Below, in pieces: positions 29,268 through 37,809 of a stretch of DNA of 64,000 nt (the first letter of the stretch is position 1; each line of letters opens with the position of its first letter). The translations under genes and the position numbers were made by a program. The stretch lies in NCBI GenBank assembly GCA_963790245.1, contig CAWBNP010000002.1, forward strand, positions 1,101,625 to 1,165,624. Reading direction: 5' to 3'. The notes under the pieces are model-generated. The model was not told the origin of the DNA, made no database searches, and was given only the letters and a program-made list of their open reading frames with translations. Source of the DNA: an uncultured Thermoleophilaceae bacterium (GTDB lineage: Bacteria; Actinomycetota; Thermoleophilia; Solirubrobacterales; Thermoleophilaceae).

Positions 29268-30586
29268 TGATCGACACCGGAGATACCGCCTGGATGCTGG
29301 CCAGCACAGCTTTGGTGCTGCTGATGACGATCGGGCTCGGGCTGTTCTACGCCGGGCTCGTCCGTTCCAAGAACACGCTCAACACGTTCATGATGTGCGT
29401 CGCGGCGATCGGCATCGCCGCTGTCACCTGGGCGCTGGTCGGCTATTCGCTCGCCTTCTCGGAAGGCAGCTGGTTCATCGGCGGGCTCGACTACGCACTG
29501 ATGAACGGTGTCATGTTCGATCCGATCGACAACCCTTTCTTCGTCGACGCGGGCGGCGCCCAGACGATCCCCCACCTCGTCTTCTTCGCCTTTCAGGCGA
29601 CCTTCTGCATCATCACGGTCGCGCTCGTCTCGGGCGCGGTCGTGGAGCGGATGCGGTTCGGCGCGTTTCTGCTGTTCGCCGCCCTGTGGTCCGTGCTCGT
29701 CTACGCCGTGCTCGCGCACTGGGGCTTCGGCGGCGGCTGGCTGGTCGCCGGCGGGACCCTCGGCGCCCCCGGGACGCTCGACTTCGCGGGCGGCATCGCC
29801 GTCGAGATGGCCTCCGGCTTCTCGGCGCTCGCGGCCGCGATCGTGGTCGGGGCGCGCAAGGACTACGGTCGCCAGGCGATCCTGCCCCACAACGCCGTCT
29901 ACGTGCTGCTCGGCGCGGGCCTGCTGTGGTTCGGCTGGTTCGGCTTCAACGGGGGCAGCGGCTTCGGAGTCAACGAGCTCAGCGTGCTCGCGTTCACCAA
30001 CACGCTGCTGACGCCCGCCTGCGCGCTGCTGATGTGGTTCCTGCTCGACCACCTGCGCGGGCGGCGGATCACCGCGATCGGCGCGGCGACCGCGATCATC
30101 GTCGGTTGCGTGGGCATCACCCCGGCGGGCGGCTTCATCAGCCCGGTGTGGGCGATGGTGCTCGGGTTCGGAGTCGCGATCCCGTGCTGGGCGGTCGTGG
30201 CCTTCCGGCCGCGGACGAGGGTCGACGAGACGCTCGACGTGCTCGCCGCACACGGCATCGCCGGCTTCACCGGCATCCTGTTCATCGGCTTCTTCGCCCA
30301 GGCGGACTGGAACGGCCTGGCCGACGGGCTGGTGTTCGGCAATCCCGGTCAGCTGCTCGCGCAGGCGCTCGCGGTCGCGACGGTGCCGGTCTACGCGTTC
30401 GTGGTGACCTACATCCTGCTGCGGATCGTTGGATTCATCATGCCGCTGCGGGCGAGTGCGCAGGAGGAAGGCCAGGGGATGGACGTCATCTACCACGGCG
30501 AGGAGGCCTACGCGACGGGCGAGGGCGCGATCCTCGTCCGGCCGGACACCCCGATCGAGGACGTCCTCGCGGGGACTAAGCGCTAG
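29267..30586 (+). CDS. amt: Ammonium transporter
   Basis: DTAWMLASTALVLLMTIGLGLFYAGLVRSKN, with later FAGGIAVEM and AAHGIAGFTG motifs. Its start overlaps the PII stop by 1 nt. Confidence 0.9.
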   Translation: MIDTGDTAWMLASTALVLLMTIGLGLFYAGLVRSKNTLNTFMMCVAAIGIAAVTWALVGYSLAFSEGSWFIGGLDYALMNGVMFDPIDNPFFVDAGGAQTIPHLVFFAFQATFCIITVALVSGAVVERMRFGAFLLFAALWSVLVYAVLAHWGFGGGWLVAGGTLGAPGTLDFAGGIAVEMASGFSALAAAIVVGARKDYGRQAILPHNAVYVLLGAGLLWFGWFGFNGGSGFGVNELSVLAFTNTLLTPACALLMWFLLDHLRGRRITAIGAATAIIVGCVGITPAGGFISPVWAMVLGFGVAIPCWAVVAFRPRTRVDETLDVLAAHGIAGFTGILFIGFFAQADWNGLADGLVFGNPGQLLAQALAVATVPVYAFVVTYILLRIVGFIMPLRASAQEEGQGMDVIYHGEEAYATGEGAILVRPDTPIEDVLAGTKR

Positions 30587-30598
30587 CGCGCGAGACGG

Positions 30599-33064
30599 TC
30601 AACCAAAGTCACCGAGCTCGATCCCCAGACGTCGGGGATCGAGCTCGATCGGCGTGACGCTGCCCGGCCGGAACTCAACGTGGTCGGGCGGCTGGCGCAA
30701 CGCGCGCCGGCGGCGCGGCGCGCGTCCGCGGGGTTGGGTGGGGGTCGGACCCGACGGTGTCGGGACGACCAGCTCGCGACGCAGCGGCTCCGCGGTGATC
30801 GTGATCCGTTCGTCCTCGTGGGTGACCTCGATCGGGGCGCCGTCGAGCAGCCGGTAGGTGACGCCGCCGTCCAGCTCGACCTGGATCCTGCTGCCCCGGA
30901 AGGAGATGCGGAAGCTGATCCGCTCGAGACCGGCCGGCATCCGCGGGCGGAAGGAAAGCTCGCCGTCGTGGTCGCGCATCCCGCCAAAGCCCGCGACCAC
31001 CGCGAGCCAGCCGCCGGCCGACGCCGCGATGTGCAGCCCCTCCCCCGTGTTGCGCTGCAGATCGTCGAGGTCCATCAGCGCCGATTCCGCGAGGTACTCA
31101 TAAGCCAGATCGACGTGACCGACCTCGGCGGCGACGATCGCCTGCATGGCGGCCGAGAGCGATGAGTCACGGACGGTCAGCGGCTCGTAGTAGGCGAAGT
31201 TGCGCTCCTTCTCCTCGAGCGTGAAGGCGTCACCGCGCAGGTAGAGAGCCATCACGAGGTCGGCCTGCTTGACGACCTGGCGCCGGTAGAGCTCGAAGTA
31301 GGGGAAGTGCAGCAGCAGCGGATAGCGGTCGGGCTCGACGGCGTCGAAATCCCACGCCTTGTGCTCGGTGAACCCCTCCGCCTGTGGGTGGACCTCGAGC
31401 CGCTCGTCGTAGGGAACGGCCATCGCGTCGGCGGCCGCTCGCCAGTCTCCGAGCTCCTCTTCGGCGACGCCGAGCTCGGCGGCGCGGTCGGGCTGGCGGC
31501 CGCAGCTGTCGGCCGCCGAGCGCAGGTTCTTCTGCGCCATCAGGTTGGTGTAGATGTTGTCGTCGGCGAGGGCGCTGTACTCGTCGGGTCCGGTCACCCC
31601 GTCGATCCGGAACTCGCCCTCGAGGTCGTAGTGGCCGAGCGACAGCCACAGCCGCGCCGTCTCGACCAGCAACTCGGTCCCGACCTCGCTCTCGAACGGC
31701 TCGTCGCCGACGACCGCGAGGTAGCGGGTGACGGCGTCGGCGATGCTCGCGTTGACGTGGAAGGCGGCGGTGCCGGCCGGCCAATAGCCCGAGGACTCCT
31801 CGCCGTGCAGGGTGCGCCAGGGGAAGGCCGCCCCCCTCAGCCCGAGCTCCTTTGCGCGCTCGCGCGCGGCGGGAAGGATCGAATGGCGCCAGCGCAGCGC
31901 GTCGGCCGCGGCCTCGGGGCGCGTGTAGATCAGTAGCGGCAGGACGTAGGTCTCGGCGTCCCAGAAGGCGTGCCCGTCATATCCGGGGCCGGTGAGCCCC
32001 TTGGCCGGGATCGCGCGGACCTCGGCGCGGGCCGAGTTCTGGAGCCCTTGGAACATCCCGAAGCGAACGGCCTGCTGGAGCTCGGGGTCGCCGTCGAGCT
32101 CGACGTCGGCGGCCTCCCAGTACTCGTCGAGATAGGCGCGCTGGCTGGCGACGAATCCGTCCCAGCCGGTGTGGGCCGCCTCGGCGAGCGCCGCCTCGAC
32201 CTGCCCGCGTAGCGAGGGGAGCGAGCGGCGGCTCGACCACCCGTAGGCGACGAACTTGGTCAGCTCCAGGGCCCCGCCGGTCGGCAGGTCCGAGGCGATC
32301 GTCAACCGCGCCAGGTCGTCCTCGGTCTCGACGCGGACGACCTCGGTTCCGTCGGGCGCGCTTAGCGTGTGGTCCATCGCGACGGCCAGCAGCAGGTCGC
32401 TCGCCTCGGTTGCGTGAGCGAGTGTGGCCCGCATGCCGTCGGACGCGTGCTGGCGGGGCTGCAGCGGCCGTTCGAGGATCGCCGCGCTGCGCGGGTCATC
32501 GGCCTGGCCGAGCAACGGCTCGTTGGCGACCAGTTCCGACTGGATCACGACGCGCGCGGCGTCGCCGAGCGGCTCGACGCAGTAGTGGATGGCGACGATC
32601 GCGCGCTGGACGAGCGAGACCATGCGCGTCGAGGTGACCCGGACGCCTCGTCCCGTCGGAGAGACCCACTCGACAACTCTGCGCAGCAGGCCGGCGCGGA
32701 AATCGAGCACGCGCTCGTGGCTGCGCACCTCGCCGTAGCGCAAGTCGAACATCTCGTCCTCGACCAGCAGCCGGATCAGCTTCCCGTTGGTCACGTTGAC
32801 GACCGTCTGACCGGTCTCCGGATACCCGTAGCCGAGTTCGGCGTGCGGCAGGGGGCGACGCTCGTAGAACCCGTTCAAGTAGGTCCCGGGCAGCATGTTC
32901 GGCTCGCCCTCGTCGAGGTTGCCGCGGATCCCGACGTGGCCGTTGGAAAGCGCGAACACCGACTCGGACTGGGCCATCCGGTCGAGGTCGAGCGTGTGCT
33001 CGACGACGGTCCAGGGATCGACGCCGTAGCGCTCCAGCTCGCCTGCCCCCGGATTGGGGGCCAT
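30599..33064 (-). CDS. Glycoside hydrolase family 65 phosphorylase (trehalose/maltose/kojibiose phosphorylase-like)
   Basis: 821 aa. N-terminal ESVFALSNGHVGIRGNLDEG and a central catalytic region (GYDGHAFWDAETY) are typical of GH65. Confidence 0.85.
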   Translation of the reverse strand: MAPNPGAGELERYGVDPWTVVEHTLDLDRMAQSESVFALSNGHVGIRGNLDEGEPNMLPGTYLNGFYERRPLPHAELGYGYPETGQTVVNVTNGKLIRLLVEDEMFDLRYGEVRSHERVLDFRAGLLRRVVEWVSPTGRGVRVTSTRMVSLVQRAIVAIHYCVEPLGDAARVVIQSELVANEPLLGQADDPRSAAILERPLQPRQHASDGMRATLAHATEASDLLLAVAMDHTLSAPDGTEVVRVETEDDLARLTIASDLPTGGALELTKFVAYGWSSRRSLPSLRGQVEAALAEAAHTGWDGFVASQRAYLDEYWEAADVELDGDPELQQAVRFGMFQGLQNSARAEVRAIPAKGLTGPGYDGHAFWDAETYVLPLLIYTRPEAAADALRWRHSILPAARERAKELGLRGAAFPWRTLHGEESSGYWPAGTAAFHVNASIADAVTRYLAVVGDEPFESEVGTELLVETARLWLSLGHYDLEGEFRIDGVTGPDEYSALADDNIYTNLMAQKNLRSAADSCGRQPDRAAELGVAEEELGDWRAAADAMAVPYDERLEVHPQAEGFTEHKAWDFDAVEPDRYPLLLHFPYFELYRRQVVKQADLVMALYLRGDAFTLEEKERNFAYYEPLTVRDSSLSAAMQAIVAAEVGHVDLAYEYLAESALMDLDDLQRNTGEGLHIAASAGGWLAVVAGFGGMRDHDGELSFRPRMPAGLERISFRISFRGSRIQVELDGGVTYRLLDGAPIEVTHEDERITITAEPLRRELVVPTPSGPTPTQPRGRAPRRRRALRQPPDHVEFRPGSVTPIELDPRRLGIELGDFG

Positions 33065-35145
33065 CAGCCGATCAACTCCCCGAGGTCGGTGACGACGATG
33101 TCCGCACCCTGCTCAGCGAGCGCGGCACCGTGCCCGTTGCCGACGCGGTCGACGCCGACCACCAGGGCGAACCCGCCGGCCGCGCCGGCCTGCACGCCCG
33201 CGATCGCGTCCTCGAAGACAACCGCTTGATCGGGTCGCGCGTGCAGCGCCGCGGCCCCCGCGAGGAAGGTGTCGGGCGCGGGCTTGCCGGGGAGGCCCCG
33301 CTCGGCGGCGACCACGCCGTCGATGCGCGCGTCGAAAAGATCCTCGATGCCGACGCGGCGCAGGACCAGCTGGGTGTTGGCGCTCGAGGAGACAACCGCA
33401 CAGCGCAGTCCACTCTCGTGCGCGCGCCGGACGTATGCGATCGAGTCGTCGAAGGTCTGGACCCCCTCGCTCTCGATCAGCGCGTGGACGCGGCTGTCCT
33501 TGTCGGCCGCGATCGCCGCGACGGTGAAGGCGTCCGGCGGGTCGCCGGGCAAGCCCTCGGGCAGGGTGATCGAGCGAGCGGCGAGGAACGCCCGGATGCC
33601 GTCCTGGCGCGGCTTGCCGTCGACGTGCCGGGCATAGTCTTCGTCCAGGTCGAACGGCTCCTGAGGATCGTCCCGGTCGGCGCCCCAGCGCTCGAGAAAC
33701 TGGTCGAAGCTCGCCTTCCACGCGCGCGCGTGGGTCGCCGCGGTGCGCGTCAGGACCCCGTCGAGATCGAACAGCAGGGCCGTAGTCGCGGGCGGCAGGC
33801 CCAGGCTGGCGACATCAGGGTTCTCTCCCGCGACCTGGGGCGGCGCCTGGCTGATCAGCCGCGCACCGCGGCCGCGGGTCATGAAGCTGATCGACCAGCG
33901 CAGCAGCACGATCGCGCGGTTCTGGAAGTCGAGCAGGTAGACGATGTGGACGAGCAGCCAGGTGATCCACGCGATCGGACCGGAGAGGCGGATACCACCG
34001 GGTAGCTCGGCGACCGCCTTGGCACGACCGATTGTCGCGAGGTTGCCCTTGTCGCGGTAGGCGAACGGCCGCGAGACGCGTCCCTTGAGGCGGTCGGCGA
34101 TCAGCCGTGCGGCGTAGCGGCCCTGCTGCATCGCCACCGGCGCGACGCCGGGCAGATCGAGCAGCTCGCCGTCGGGGGCGCGGACCCGGACCATGTCACC
34201 GAGCGCGAGGATCTCGGGCCGGTCGGCGACCGTCAGATCGGGCTCGACCGCGATCCGGCCGAGGCGGTCCGCCTCGGCGCCGGTCGCCCGCGCGAGGACT
34301 CCCGCCAGCTCGGCGGCTTGTACCCCGGCGGCCCAGATGATCGTGTGCGCGGCGATCCGCGAGCGCTCACCCCCGCCGTCCTCGATCGTCACCGAGTCGG
34401 CATCGATGTCAACGACCCGCCGGCCGAGCATCGGCGTCACCCCAAGCGAGCGCAGCGAGCGCTCGGCACGGGCTGACAGTCGCGGATCGAAGCTGCTGAG
34501 GATCGCGTCGCCCATCTCGAGCAGCAGGATCTCCCCGTCGCGGGTGTCGACCGAGCGAAACTCGCGCGGCAGGGCGTCGCGCGCCAGCTCGGCGATCTGA
34601 CCGGCCATTTCGACGCCGGTCGGCCCGCCGCCGACGATCACGAATCGGAGCCAAGCCGCGCGCCGTTCATGGTCCTGCTCGAGCTCCGCGGCCTCGAACG
34701 CGCTGAGTACACGGCGGCGGACGGCGACCGCGCTCTCGAGCGACTTGACCTCGAGCGCGTGCTCGCGCCACTGGTCGTTGCCGAAATAGGAGTAGGTCGA
34801 GCCGCCGGCCAGGATCAGCGTGTCGTAGGCGATCTCGAGCCGCTCCGGACCGGCTACACCGGGTGCGATGCTGACCGATTGCCGCTCGGGATCGATCGCG
34901 GTCACCTCGCCGAGCAGGACGCGGACATTCTGTTGGGCGCGGAAGATCCGCCGCAGCGGCATCGCGATCTCGGTCGAAGACAGAGCCCCGGTCGCGACCT
35001 GGTAGCTGAGCGGCTGGAACAGGTGGAAGTTGCGTGCGTCGATCAGGGTCACGTTCACGGGCGCGCGCTTGAGGGACCGGGCGGCACTAAGGCCTCCGAA
35101 GCCGCCGCCGACGATCACTACATGGTGGTTTTTGGCATCGGCCAT
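33064..35145 (-). CDS. Fusion protein: type II NADH dehydrogenase (NDH-2)-like flavoprotein (about aa 1-430) plus a beta-phosphoglucomutase-family HAD hydrolase (about aa 455-693)
   Basis: The N-terminus has HVVIVGGGFGGLSAA and a second GGGPTGVE dinucleotide motif plus a C-terminal amphipathic/membrane segment. After a Pro-rich linker (nt about 33780-33855) comes HAD motif I, LLFDLDGVLT, and a beta-PGM-like core. It is a single uninterrupted ORF. Confidence 0.8.
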   Translation of the reverse strand: MADAKNHHVVIVGGGFGGLSAARSLKRAPVNVTLIDARNFHLFQPLSYQVATGALSSTEIAMPLRRIFRAQQNVRVLLGEVTAIDPERQSVSIAPGVAGPERLEIAYDTLILAGGSTYSYFGNDQWREHALEVKSLESAVAVRRRVLSAFEAAELEQDHERRAAWLRFVIVGGGPTGVEMAGQIAELARDALPREFRSVDTRDGEILLLEMGDAILSSFDPRLSARAERSLRSLGVTPMLGRRVVDIDADSVTIEDGGGERSRIAAHTIIWAAGVQAAELAGVLARATGAEADRLGRIAVEPDLTVADRPEILALGDMVRVRAPDGELLDLPGVAPVAMQQGRYAARLIADRLKGRVSRPFAYRDKGNLATIGRAKAVAELPGGIRLSGPIAWITWLLVHIVYLLDFQNRAIVLLRWSISFMTRGRGARLISQAPPQVAGENPDVASLGLPPATTALLFDLDGVLTRTAATHARAWKASFDQFLERWGADRDDPQEPFDLDEDYARHVDGKPRQDGIRAFLAARSITLPEGLPGDPPDAFTVAAIAADKDSRVHALIESEGVQTFDDSIAYVRRAHESGLRCAVVSSSANTQLVLRRVGIEDLFDARIDGVVAAERGLPGKPAPDTFLAGAAALHARPDQAVVFEDAIAGVQAGAAGGFALVVGVDRVGNGHGAALAEQGADIVVTDLGELIG

Positions 35146-35181
35146 CGCCGACGATGCTAGACAGCGGATTCTGCCGGGGCT

Positions 35182-36048
35182 CTACGCAGCGACGGGCAAC
35201 GGGAAGCTGACACCGGTCAGCTCCTCGGAGAGCGTCCACAGCTGAGCGGCGACGCGCTCGTCCCGCGCGGCGTTGCTGCAACCGACGAGCGTCGGCCTGC
35301 CGCGCATCTCGCCGATTCCGTCGGGACCGATATAGCTGCCGCTTGGCAGGTCTTCGGTCGCCGCATGGATGGTCGGCCGCGCGCCGTTCGCCTCGCTCTG
35401 AGCGAACAGCAAGTTGCCCGGGATCATCAGCACCTTGTCCAGAAGATTGGTCGAGTGGCCCTGGAGCCCCGTCGCGGCGTAGCCGGGATGAGCGGCGAGG
35501 GCGCGCACATCGGAGTCGGCGGCGGCGAGCTTTCGCCCGAGCTCGAAGGTAAACAGCAGGTTGGCTAGCTTCGACTGCCCGTAGGCCGGCCAGCGCGAGT
35601 AGCGCTCGCGCTCCCAGTTGAGGTCGTGGAGGCGGATCTTGCCGATCCGGTGCGCGCCGGAGGCGACGGTCACGATCCGTTCGGTGACCCGCGGCAGCAG
35701 CAGGTTGGTGAGTGCGAAGTGGCCGAGGTGATTGGTCCCGATCTGCATCTCGAAGCCGTCGGTGGTTCGGCGTTCGGGCAGCGCCATCACACCGGCGTTG
35801 TTGATCAGGATGTCGATCGGCGCATCGCCCCAGCTCTCGGCGAACGCACGGACCGAGGAGAGGTCGGCGAGGTCGAGCGAGCGGACTTCGGCCCCTCCGG
35901 TCATCTCGGCGGCCGCGGCCTCGCCCTTTGCAGGGTCGCGCACCGCAAGCACGATCCTCGCCCCAGCGCTCGCGAGCTCGCGCGCAGCGATCTTCCCGAT
36001 ACCGCTGTTCGCGCCGGTGACGATGATCGTCTTGCCGCTGAGCTCCAC
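35182..36048 (-). CDS. SDR family oxidoreductase (retinol dehydrogenase/WWOX-like)
   Basis: [15 protein letters not shown] and YGQSK motifs. I trimmed track ORF 35182..36198 to GTG 36048. Confidence 0.8.
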   Translation of the reverse strand: MELSGKTIIVTGANSGIGKIAARELASAGARIVLAVRDPAKGEAAAAEMTGGAEVRSLDLADLSSVRAFAESWGDAPIDILINNAGVMALPERRTTDGFEMQIGTNHLGHFALTNLLLPRVTERIVTVASGAHRIGKIRLHDLNWERERYSRWPAYGQSKLANLLFTFELGRKLAAADSDVRALAAHPGYAATGLQGHSTNLLDKVLMIPGNLLFAQSEANGARPTIHAATEDLPSGSYIGPDGIGEMRGRPTLVGCSNAARDERVAAQLWTLSEELTGVSFPLPVAA

Positions 36049-36104
36049 GCCCGACAATCTACGCAACGGGTGGCGCAGGCCGGTAGGTCGGGCAGGTACT
36101 CGCC

Positions 36105-36133
36105 TTGACCCGTGCGGCGATCGTGCATAGGAT
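36105..36133 (+). promoter_or_regulatory. Candidate sigma-A type promoter for the fur-family operon
   Basis: TTGACC (36105-36110), a 17-nt spacer, then TAGGAT (36128-36133), about 55 nt upstream of GTG 36189. Pattern match only. Confidence 0.4.
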
Positions 36134-36188
36134 CGTTCGCAACTGCGAGGAGATCGCACTTGCGATACGTAGTGCTTAGAGGAGCACC

Positions 36189-36638
36189 GTGACGGCACCG
36201 CACAGCGGTCCAGTCGCGCTCGCTCCCGACCCGGAGGCCGCCCTCGAGGTGATGCGCGCCGCCGGCCTGCGTGTGTCGACCGCGCGACGGCTCACGATCG
36301 AGGCGCTCTACGAGGCCGATCGCCCGCTGACGGCGGAGCAGATCGCAGCGGATATCGCGGGCGGCGACGTCGCATCGGTCTATCGCAACCTCGACCGGCT
36401 CGAGCGGGTCGGGATCGTCCGCCACTTCCACCTCGGCCACTCTCCCAGCCTCTACGTGCGCGCGGGCGCCGGCGTCCGCGAGTACCTCGTCTGCCAGTCC
36501 TGCCAGGTCGTGCGGGCGGTCGACCCGGACGAACTGGACGGGGTTCGCGATCAGTTGCGCGAGCGGTTCGGCTGGGAGGCGCGGTTCACACACGACCCGG
36601 TCGTCGGCCTCTGCGGCGACTGTCAGGAGCCCGGCTGA
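36189..36638 (+). CDS. Fur family transcriptional regulator (possibly a nickel- or zinc-responsive Nur/Zur type)
   Basis: Winged-helix region ([23 protein letters not shown]), HFHLGH metal-site region, two CxxC pairs (CQSC, CGDC), RBS GAGGAG. Confidence 0.8.
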   Translation: MTAPHSGPVALAPDPEAALEVMRAAGLRVSTARRLTIEALYEADRPLTAEQIAADIAGGDVASVYRNLDRLERVGIVRHFHLGHSPSLYVRAGAGVREYLVCQSCQVVRAVDPDELDGVRDQLRERFGWEARFTHDPVVGLCGDCQEPG

Positions 36639-37378
36639 TGAGTTTCGAATGGCTCTTCGAGCCGGTCGAGAACATCGATGCGTGGCTGACCGGTCTGTTC
36701 GACGGGGCACCGTTGCTCGTTGCGCTCGGGATCGCCTTTGTACTCGGCCTCAGGCACGCATCCGATCCCGACCACCTCGTGGCGGTCACATCGCTGGTCG
36801 CGGCCGAAGACAGCAGCTCGCGGCAGGCGGCGCGACTCGGCGCCTGGTGGGGGATCGGACACGCGGCGATCCTGCTCTTGATCGGAGTTCCCCTGATCCT
36901 GCTCAAGTCCGAGTTGCCGACCTGGCTCGAAGCGGGCGCGGAGACGGCGGTCGGGGCGGTCATCCTCCTGCTGGCCGGTCGCGTTCTCTGGAAATGGGCC
37001 CACGGTGACTATCGGCTCAACTCCCACGACCATGAAGCCGAGGCGACGCACCGCCACTTGAGGCGCGGCGAGGGGAGCCACCAGCACACCGCCGTCCGCA
37101 CGCCACAACAGGCGCTCGCGATCGGCGTCCTCCACGGTCTCGCCGGCACCGGTGCCGTTGTACTGCTGCTGATCGCGGCCCTCCCGACCCAGCTCGAGGC
37201 GCTGCTGGCGCTGCTGGTCTTCGCGCCGATGTCGATCGCCTCGATGGCGGCATGCACGACGGCGTTCGCCTGGATCCTCACCCGCCGTGTGATCCAGCCG
37301 GTCTACCGGACGGTGTTGATCCCGGCGCTCGGACTGTTCGGCGTGATGTTCGGCCTCTGGTACACGGGAGTCACCTGA
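36638..37378 (+). CDS. NicO/NiCoT- or RcnA-like nickel/cobalt transporter (short form)
   Basis: HX4DH signature in a TM helix (LRHASDPDHLVAV) and a His-rich loop (HGDYRLNSHDHEAEATHRHLRRGEGSHQH). 246 aa, about 6 TM. 1-nt overlap with the fur-family stop. Confidence 0.6.
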   Translation: MSFEWLFEPVENIDAWLTGLFDGAPLLVALGIAFVLGLRHASDPDHLVAVTSLVAAEDSSSRQAARLGAWWGIGHAAILLLIGVPLILLKSELPTWLEAGAETAVGAVILLLAGRVLWKWAHGDYRLNSHDHEAEATHRHLRRGEGSHQHTAVRTPQQALAIGVLHGLAGTGAVVLLLIAALPTQLEALLALLVFAPMSIASMAACTTAFAWILTRRVIQPVYRTVLIPALGLFGVMFGLWYTGVT

Positions 37379-37381
37379 GCG

Positions 37382-37726
37382 GTGCCGGTGCGCATCGTCT
37401 TCCGATGCGGGTTCTGTGACGCGCGCCCCGACGCCGAAACCCAGCGCAGCCTGGAGCACCAGCTGAGGGCGGAGCTGTTCGGCGAGTACCTCGACGCACC
37501 CCCGTCCAACTGGCTGACCTGGACCGGCCGCGGCCTGTTCGGGCCGGCGCGCTATGCGTGCGCCGAGCACCGGGGTGACCTGGTCGCCTACCTGCGAACC
37601 CACTACTCCTCCGTCGGGCCACACCCGTGGAAAAAGGGTCCCTACCTGCGCCATCCCCCGGCGCGCTCACGGCCCGACGCCTCCCTCGCGCGGGCGGTCA
37701 CGCCTCGCTCGGGCAAGTCCTACTAG
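37382..37726 (+). CDS. Small Cys/His-containing hypothetical protein
   Basis: GTG start 3 nt after the transporter stop. High GC3. CGFC ... CAEH motifs. No family recognised. Confidence 0.5.
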   Translation: MPVRIVFRCGFCDARPDAETQRSLEHQLRAELFGEYLDAPPSNWLTWTGRGLFGPARYACAEHRGDLVAYLRTHYSSVGPHPWKKGPYLRHPPARSRPDASLARAVTPRSGKSY

Positions 37727-37809
37727 CTTCGCGTACACCTGATGCCGGTCGGGCCAGCGGCGGGCGAGCGTCTGCTCCGATCGCCTGCGGCTCACGATGA
37801 GAAACGCCA

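Noticed and set aside
36111-36188. Repeated GATCG(T)TCGCA-like and TCGCAA...TTGCGA elements in the promoter and leader of the fur-family operon, considered as a Nur/Zur/Fur box.
   Set aside because: The arms are imperfect, and their spacing (about 17 nt) does not fit the Fur, Zur or Nur consensus sequences I know. I mention this only as something to test under the nickel-module finding.
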